NCBI GenBank assembly: GCA_045543395.1
Contig: JAZQML010000060.1
Span: 34,790-98,789 of the forward strand
DNA: 64,000 bases
Source of the DNA: Alistipes sp.
GTDB taxonomy: Bacteria > Bacteroidota > Bacteroidia > Bacteroidales > Rikenellaceae
Reading direction: 5' to 3'
Shown piece by piece: positions 57,562 through 64,000 of the stretch (position 1 is its first letter; the number at the start of each line of letters is the position of its first letter). The notes below the pieces were generated by a model that saw only the letters and a list, made by a program, of their open reading frames with translations, was not told the DNA's origin and did no database searches. A program made the position numbers and the translations under genes.

Positions 57562-60282
57562 ATGAAAGCAAGAAGATTTTTTGCGTTTGTAGCCGGAGCA
57601 GCAATGCTCTTTGGTGTTGGTTGTACTCCTGATGGAGGTGGCGAGGGCCAGGGTGATACCGAAATGGCAAAGATTACCGTTAGCCCAGAGTCGTTTGCAA
57701 CCAATTTAGAGGGTACCGAGCAGGTTATCACCGTTACTTCGAACGGCGTATGGACTGCATCGTGCGACCAGACTGATGTTACTGTCGAGCCTCTTCAGGG
57801 CAGCGGCAACGGTAGCGTAACCGTTACTGTTCCTGCTGTATCGGCAGAGCGTACTTTTAAGATTGTGTTCGATGCACAGAAGCAGACCTCTATCCCTGCT
57901 CTCGGCACTACGACCACAACAACTGCACAGGCAGAGGTTACTGTATCGCAGAACGCAACCGGCGTTGATGCTAACGACTACCTCTTCTACGAGAATTGCG
58001 GTAGCGACGTTGAGAAGGATTCGAATGGCTATTGGCCATACATTGACCAGTTCCAAGGTTGGAACCCACAGGGCGACATCGCTTCGGGTGTTCAGTATGT
58101 AGGTAAGAACGCATCGGTTCGTGCTTCGGGTAAGAACTATGAGCCAACCGAGGATGCTGTTGGTGTTTCGGGACAGCCTTACGTATTCTTGAACAAGGTT
58201 CCTGCCGAGGCTTACTTTGTTATCGAGGACTTGGCTGTAACTGGTGGTGCAAACTACATCTTTACATTCAACGTATCGTGCCAGAGCGGTTATAGCGGAA
58301 CTCCTACTTTTGCAATTGTTGACAACTCGCTCGTTCACCTCGAACTCGGTTACGACGGTCAGAACTGGGACGCTGTTGATTGCGCTTATGTTGCAAACGG
58401 TGGCAATGGCTGGTATGCTGCAACTGCACAGTTCAAGGTTGCTGCTGACGCTACCAAGGTTTATGCACGCTTCTCGTACGAGGCTCCTGCATCGAATGGT
58501 GGTGGTCGTTTCGACGACTTCAAACTCGTAGAGGGTGGCACCGGTGCAGAGTTGGCACCAGAGGCTCCTGTTGTAAATCAGGGTACTATCGCCGACATCA
58601 CTGCTGCCGGCAACTACACCGTAAATGGTGCTTGGGCTGTTGCAACTTATGCGAATGGTTGCCTCTTGACCGACAATAGCGGTGCTTACATCTTGGCTTA
58701 CAGCCCTGCTACAACTCCTGCCGTAGGTGATGTTATTACCATTTCGGGTAGCGTTACCACTTATGCTGGTCTTAAACAGTTTGCCGCAGGTGCTACTGTA
58801 ACTGCAACAGGAACTGCTACCGTAACACACCCTACTGCTGAGGTTATGGACGGTGCGGCTCTCGATGCTTACCTCTCGGCGCCGGTTGTAAAGTATGTTG
58901 AGTATGAGGGCGTACTTGCTAGTGGCAACTACCACAATGTCACTGTTGATGGTGCAGCAACCGCTATCGGTTCAGTACAATACCCTACCGCAGATATCAA
59001 GGCTCAACTTACTGAGTTGAACGGTAAGAAGATTAAGGTTACAGGCTACTTGATTGGTGTTTCGTCTGGCAAGTACACCAACACAATGACCGTTTCGGTT
59101 GCTGAGGTTACCGATGAGCCTATTACTCCTCCAACACCAACAACTCCTACTATCGCTGAGATTATTGCAGGAGAAGATGGCGATTACACCGTTGATGGTG
59201 CTTGGGTTGTTGCTCTGTATGATCGCGGTTGCCTTTTGACCGACAATAGTGGTGCTTACATCTTGGCTTACAACCCAACAGTGAAGCCAGCCGTAGGCGA
59301 GGTTGTTAATATCGAGGGTACTGTATCTCCTTACGCAGGTCTTTTGCAGTTCGGTGCTGGCGCAGTTGTAACAAAGACCGGCGAGACCAAGACCGTAACT
59401 CACCCAACAGCAGAGGTTATGGATGGTGCGAAGTTGGATGCTTACCTTTCGGCTCCTGTAATTAAGTATGTTGAGTACACCGGTACTCTCACTATCAGCA
59501 GCGGTAAGTACTACAATGTTACTGTTCCGGGTGCAGCAACTGCACAGGGTTCGGTTTCTTATCCGGGCGACGACATCAAGGCTACTTTGACAAGCCTCGA
59601 TGGTAAGGGCGTTAAGGTTGCAGGTTACCTCATTGGCGTTTCGTCTTCGAAGTACACCAACACAATGGCTGTATCGGTAGAGGAGGCAACTGTTGAGACT
59701 CCTGATACACCAGACACACCTGATACCCCAGATACTCCAACCACACCAGAGATTCCTGTTGGTGGCACTGCATTGGAGATTACAACTGCTAGCGTAACTG
59801 CTGGTGTTCCTGATATTACAACCAACAACTATGGCTCGCAGAATGTAACAAACTATTCGACATTCTTGACTTGGGATGTTTACGCTGCTTGCAAGGTTTG
59901 CTTGCCACAGGCTGGTGGCGACTATGCTACTGCCGGTTGCTTGCAGATGCAGGGTAACACCGACGCTGCAAAGCAGGGCCGTATTGGTAATGTTGTAGCA
60001 ACTCCAAAGCGTATTACCAAGGTTATTGTTGAGTCGTGGAACGCATCGTACACTCCTAACTTCAACCTTGCGCTCGGCGCAGAGCAGGTAGTAGGTACTA
60101 CTGTTCCATCGAATATGATTGCCGCTTCGTCGATGACAACTGCATCGGAGGTTGTTGGTGCCTTGACAAAGTATGTTTCGACATACGAGGTTACTTCGGG
60201 CGACTACAACTATTTCGCAATCTACAAGAACACTTCGGGTGCATTCTACTTCACCAAGATTCGCGTAGAGTACGCAGAGTAA
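57562..60282 (+). CDS. Large surface lipoprotein: BACON-like domain, duplicated OB-fold-like modules, PDT linker
   Basis: Lipobox FGVGC; V.SNG.WTA BACON-like; two ~175-aa repeats with TDNSG...VG.V...G.V..YAGL.QF. Confidence 0.8.
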   Translation: MKARRFFAFVAGAAMLFGVGCTPDGGGEGQGDTEMAKITVSPESFATNLEGTEQVITVTSNGVWTASCDQTDVTVEPLQGSGNGSVTVTVPAVSAERTFKIVFDAQKQTSIPALGTTTTTTAQAEVTVSQNATGVDANDYLFYENCGSDVEKDSNGYWPYIDQFQGWNPQGDIASGVQYVGKNASVRASGKNYEPTEDAVGVSGQPYVFLNKVPAEAYFVIEDLAVTGGANYIFTFNVSCQSGYSGTPTFAIVDNSLVHLELGYDGQNWDAVDCAYVANGGNGWYAATAQFKVAADATKVYARFSYEAPASNGGGRFDDFKLVEGGTGAELAPEAPVVNQGTIADITAAGNYTVNGAWAVATYANGCLLTDNSGAYILAYSPATTPAVGDVITISGSVTTYAGLKQFAAGATVTATGTATVTHPTAEVMDGAALDAYLSAPVVKYVEYEGVLASGNYHNVTVDGAATAIGSVQYPTADIKAQLTELNGKKIKVTGYLIGVSSGKYTNTMTVSVAEVTDEPITPPTPTTPTIAEIIAGEDGDYTVDGAWVVALYDRGCLLTDNSGAYILAYNPTVKPAVGEVVNIEGTVSPYAGLLQFGAGAVVTKTGETKTVTHPTAEVMDGAKLDAYLSAPVIKYVEYTGTLTISSGKYYNVTVPGAATAQGSVSYPGDDIKATLTSLDGKGVKVAGYLIGVSSSKYTNTMAVSVEEATVETPDTPDTPDTPDTPTTPEIPVGGTALEITTASVTAGVPDITTNNYGSQNVTNYSTFLTWDVYAACKVCLPQAGGDYATAGCLQMQGNTDAAKQGRIGNVVATPKRITKVIVESWNASYTPNFNLALGAEQVVGTTVPSNMIAASSMTTASEVVGALTKYVSTYEVTSGDYNYFAIYKNTSGAFYFTKIRVEYAE

Positions 60283-60296
60283 TTCTGCAATTCAAT

Positions 60297-60323
60297 CCAA
60301 GGCAGGCTGATTACCTGCCTTGG
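60297..60323 (+). terminator. Intra-operon hairpin
   Basis: CCAAGGCAGG-CTGATTA-CCTGCCTTGG. Confidence 0.6.
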
Positions 60324-60384
60324 GTACTATTTTTTAGACGATTTTTTACGATAGATGAGAGATATACGAAACACGATTGAATTT

Positions 60385-61662
60385 ATGTTCAAAAGCATCA
60401 ACCGTAGCGTAGTGGCTATGTTGGTGCTTGCATTCGCTTTTACCGCTTGCGAATACGAGGAGTGGTCGCCATATAAATCGAAGGCGGAGATCAACTCCGT
60501 AGTGGCATCGTTCCAAACCTCTACCATATCGGGAACAACCGTGGGCGATCCGATGGTAACTTGGACATTGTCGGTAACCGAGGGTGCATCATTCTGTACT
60601 CCCGTAACGAAAGTGGGCTTTGCCGGCAAACCCTTTACGGTGCAATTCTCGGCAAACAACACCGATAAGGAGCGATATGCAACTGTCCACATCGAGTTTA
60701 GTGACGGCTATGCCAATACATTCTACCTAAAGCAAACTGTCAAAACCGCAAACCCTACGTATGATCGCCTTTGGGGAGAGCAACCGGCAGAACTCTTGAA
60801 TGAGGACTATATCTACAAAACATACTTTACGACTCTTTCGGATAAGCGAGTAGTGCGCAACTTCTCGGTTTGCTACGACACCGATAAGAAGTGTTCGCGC
60901 TGGGTGGCATATCCGGCACATAGCATCTACACCTCGGGACGCAGTTACGATGTTGGTAGCACCACTCCAGGTCGTACCAATGCGTGGGCATTCGACGATG
61001 CGGTAACGCAATACAAACCGAGCAGCAACTACAATACCGCCTACGAAATTACGAGTACCTACGACTCGAAACTCGATACATACAACACCTACACAAACCC
61101 TATAATTCCGCAGTCGAAGCAGGCGGACATCCGCTTTACAAATGGTTTTGGATATGGCTACGCTCGTGGTCATATGCTCCCATCGGCAAACCGCTACAAC
61201 ACTTGGCAGACCAATGCCCAGACCTGCTATGCAACCAACATTATGGTACAGGAGTACAATTTCAATGGTGGTGCGTGGGCAAATCTCGAAAATAAGGAGC
61301 GAACAAAGATTTGTGCCGATACACTCTTTGTGGTTGTGGGTACGCTATTCGAGGATAACACGACGATAAACCGTTTCAGCAGAACTATCGGAGTGCCATC
61401 GCACTGCTATAAGTTGTTGTTGCGTACTCGAACGGGTACTACACGCAAGCATATCGGCGATATCACCTCGGCAGACGATTTGATCTGCATTGGTTTCCTC
61501 TTCGAGAATAACGAAGGCTCGGCAGAGGCATCGTTGAGTGAGGCGGTTGTTTCGGTAGCGGAGATAGAGCGTCGTTCGGGCTTTAAGTTCTTCCGAAACA
61601 TCAATCCGAAGATAGCCGATGAGGTTAAACAGCAAAAGAACCTCTCTGCGTGGGGCTGGTAA
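60385..61662 (+). CDS. DNA/RNA non-specific endonuclease lipoprotein (NucA-type) with BACON-like N-terminus
   Basis: Lipobox FTAC; RN.S.CYD....WVAY, YARGHM.PS..R, ATNI..Q...FN.G.W..LE, VPSH.YK. Confidence 0.9.
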   Translation: MFKSINRSVVAMLVLAFAFTACEYEEWSPYKSKAEINSVVASFQTSTISGTTVGDPMVTWTLSVTEGASFCTPVTKVGFAGKPFTVQFSANNTDKERYATVHIEFSDGYANTFYLKQTVKTANPTYDRLWGEQPAELLNEDYIYKTYFTTLSDKRVVRNFSVCYDTDKKCSRWVAYPAHSIYTSGRSYDVGSTTPGRTNAWAFDDAVTQYKPSSNYNTAYEITSTYDSKLDTYNTYTNPIIPQSKQADIRFTNGFGYGYARGHMLPSANRYNTWQTNAQTCYATNIMVQEYNFNGGAWANLENKERTKICADTLFVVVGTLFEDNTTINRFSRTIGVPSHCYKLLLRTRTGTTRKHIGDITSADDLICIGFLFENNEGSAEASLSEAVVSVAEIERRSGFKFFRNINPKIADEVKQQKNLSAWGW

Positions 61663-61696
61663 AGACGAAAACAAAACAATAATATACAAACAGAGT

Positions 61697-62728
61697 ATGA
61701 AAAAAACACTTTTATCAATTTTGTGCGTGTCGGCGATGTTGGTCGCATTTGCACAAAAACCCTACAAGGTGGTATTCTACAATCTCGAAAACTTGTTCGA
61801 CACAATCAACGATCCGAACAAGAACGACGAGGAGTACCTGCCCGAGGGTGCGCGTAAGTGGACCACTTACCGCTACAATCAGAAGTTGGCAAATATGTCG
61901 CGCGTGTTGTTCGACATCGCTGCCGAGGATAAGAATTTCCCTGCCGTAATTGGTGTGTCGGAGATTGAGAATCGCCTCGTGTTGGAGGATTTGATTGCAA
62001 CGCCAAAGTTGGAGAAGGCAAACTATCGCATCGTACACTACGACTCGCCAGACCGTCGTGGTGTGGACTGTGCCTTCTTCTATCGCCCCGACAAGTTCCA
62101 GTTGGAGGGCTCGGAGGCTCACCGCATCTCGTTCCCGGGCCGTCCTACGTTCTTCACTCGTGATTTGGTGGCAATGTGGGGCAAAATCGAGGGCGAGCCA
62201 TTCTACTTTATCGTTTCGCACTGGCCTTCACGCCTCGGTGGTAAGGAGCGTTCGCAGTATTCGCGCGACTTCGTTGCCGAGAAGTGTAAGCACATCTGCG
62301 ACTCGGTGCGCACCGCAAACCCTGCAACCAAAGTTGTGATTATGGGCGACTTCAACGACGATGCTACCGACGAGAGTGTTACCGATGTTCTTGGCGCAAA
62401 GGGCAATATCAAGAAGTTGGGTAAGAACGATATGTATAACCCATTCTGGGCGATGTATAAGGCTGGTTATGGTACTTTGGGTTATCGTGATGCGTGGAAT
62501 TTGTTTGATAATATCGTTGTGTCGGAGAACTTGGCAACAGGCTCGACCGGTGCGTTGAAAATTCAGCCAAAACCAAAGTCGAAGTTCAACGGAAACATAT
62601 TCTATCGTCCATATATGATTCAGCAGGAGGGACAGTACAAGAACTACCCATTGCGTTCATTCGTAGGCACGAACTTCCAGAACGGATATAGCGACCACTT
62701 CCCTGTCTATATCTACATTTCGAAGTAA
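61697..62728 (+). CDS. Secreted endonuclease/exonuclease/phosphatase (EEP) family nuclease
   Basis: Signal peptide; FYNLENLFD, EIEN, SHWPSR, MGDFND, FDNI, YSDHFPV. Confidence 0.93.
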   Translation: MKKTLLSILCVSAMLVAFAQKPYKVVFYNLENLFDTINDPNKNDEEYLPEGARKWTTYRYNQKLANMSRVLFDIAAEDKNFPAVIGVSEIENRLVLEDLIATPKLEKANYRIVHYDSPDRRGVDCAFFYRPDKFQLEGSEAHRISFPGRPTFFTRDLVAMWGKIEGEPFYFIVSHWPSRLGGKERSQYSRDFVAEKCKHICDSVRTANPATKVVIMGDFNDDATDESVTDVLGAKGNIKKLGKNDMYNPFWAMYKAGYGTLGYRDAWNLFDNIVVSENLATGSTGALKIQPKPKSKFNGNIFYRPYMIQQEGQYKNYPLRSFVGTNFQNGYSDHFPVYIYISK

Positions 62729-62756
62729 GAAAATGATTATATATAAATAATAAGGT

Positions 62757-64000
62757 ATGAAACTGAAATTTTTACTTATTGCAGCAATGACATTGCTCGC
62801 CACGTCGGCTTTCGCACAAGAGAGCGGATTGAAGGGTAGGGTATTGTCGCGCAACGGCAGAACAGCCGTTGGAAATGTTGCGGTAACGATTGATGGAACT
62901 ACCTATAAGGCACACACCAATGACCAAGGATATTTCGAGTTGAAGGGCGTGCCGGCAGGTAACTACAAACTTTCGTTTACTGCACCCGAGTTCGAGAACC
63001 TCGATATCGTGGTTAAGGTAGAGAACGGAGTCAAGGACTTGAACTCCGTAATCGTAGTGCCAAAGGCGGTATTTGACGAGGTGCTCGATGATGCAATCTT
63101 TGCGGAGTTCGACACCGACTCATCGTCGTCAGACTCTCCTGCTCTGCCATCGACACTCTCGGCTTCGAAGGACCTCTACAACAACATCGCATCGTACCGA
63201 TTTAGCGAGATGCGATTCAATGTGCGTGGTTATGACTCGAAATATACCGATGTATATCTCAATGGTATCCGTTTCAACGACGCATTGACAGGCTATGGAC
63301 CTTGGTCGTTGTGGAGCGGTATGAACGATGCTACCCGAAATCAGGAGAGCACCGCAGGTTTGACCGCAACAAACTATGGCATTGGCGGCTTTGGCGGTAC
63401 TACCAACATCAACGCTCGTGCATCGCAGATGCGTAAAGGCTTCCGTGCAAGTGTGTCGGGTGGTAACCAGATGTATAACTTCCGTGCTATTGTTTCCTAC
63501 GCTTCGGGTTTGATGGATAATGGCTGGTCGTATGCCTTCTCGGTGTCGACTCGTCAGGGTGGTAATGGCTATGTGGATGGCGTATACTACAACTCGTATG
63601 GCTACTTTGCAGCAGTCGAGAAGCAGTTTAACCCACAGCACCGACTTTCGTTGATGGTACTCGGTACTCCGCAGCAGCGTGGTGCGCAGCAGGCTTCGAC
63701 ACAGGAGGCTTACGATATGTTCGGTAGCAACTACTACAACCCAAATGTGGGTTTCCAGAACGGTAAGATGCGTAATACCCGTGTTCGTCGTTCGCACGAG
63801 CCTATCGTGATGTTGAACTACTATTACGACATCAACGAGAAGACTCGTTTAACTGCTGCTACTTCGGTACGCTTCGGCTTCAACGGCTATTCGGCATTGA
63901 CGTGGAAAGATGGTGCAGACCCTCGTCCTGACTACTACCGCTACTTGCCGTCGAACTATACCTCGCAGATTATTGCCGACGAGAATGGTTTTGGTAACTT
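62757..64000 (+). CDS. TonB-dependent receptor with carboxypeptidase-regulatory-like N-domain (runs off window; not in the supplied ORF track)
   Basis: Hand translation from ATG 62757: MKLKFLLIAAMTLLATSAFAQESGLKGRV...TNDQGYFEL..VPAGNY...RFNVRGYDS...LNGI...GIGGFGGTTNI. Confidence 0.88.
   Translation, partial: MKLKFLLIAAMTLLATSAFAQESGLKGRVLSRNGRTAVGNVAVTIDGTTYKAHTNDQGYFELKGVPAGNYKLSFTAPEFENLDIVVKVENGVKDLNSVIVVPKAVFDEVLDDAIFAEFDTDSSSSDSPALPSTLSASKDLYNNIASYRFSEMRFNVRGYDSKYTDVYLNGIRFNDALTGYGPWSLWSGMNDATRNQESTAGLTATNYGIGGFGGTTNINARASQMRKGFRASVSGGNQMYNFRAIVSYASGLMDNGWSYAFSVSTRQGGNGYVDGVYYNSYGYFAAVEKQFNPQHRLSLMVLGTPQQRGAQQASTQEAYDMFGSNYYNPNVGFQNGKMRNTRVRRSHEPIVMLNYYYDINEKTRLTAATSVRFGFNGYSALTWKDGADPRPDYYRYLPSNYTSQIIADENGFGN

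Noticed and set aside
1-64000. tRNA, rRNA, prophage, integrase or transposase genes
   Set aside because: No T-loop/cloverleaf, rRNA-like segments or recombinase motifs recognised by eye

Overview
Bacteroidales chromosomal segment, probably Rikenellaceae/Alistipes-like. This is inferred from the gene repertoire and many TAnnTTTG -7 promoter boxes; it was not database-checked. Most of the window is housekeeping genes: rseP, radA, panB, ppa, fabD, rpe, rlmB, fabI, ackA, aroQ, thiL, queE, hpt, yidC, nhaC, obgE, argS, a phosphoglucomutase-family gene and dnaA. Three short AT-rich accessory islets (about 2.7-3.8 kb, 22.1-23.4 kb and 49.6-50.5 kb; the last is a TIR-domain protein) each end, at their 3' side, in related repeat DNA. 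In all three this is inverted 9-mer arrays plus 7-mers. The first two also carry GGTATCG-N4-CGATACC hairpins, forming a 6-unit ~53-bp-period array at 2412-2693. Other non-coding structure includes an IS1595-like MITE with 25-bp TIRs and an 8-bp target duplication behind dnaA, a ~180-nt nested hairpin leader before islet 2, and many heptamer microsatellites. The right end holds a nuclease/OB-fold-lipoprotein/TonB-receptor cluster that looks like an extracellular nucleic-acid utilisation locus, with a second, diverged receptor paralogue behind obgE. I saw no tRNA, rRNA, transposase or cas genes.
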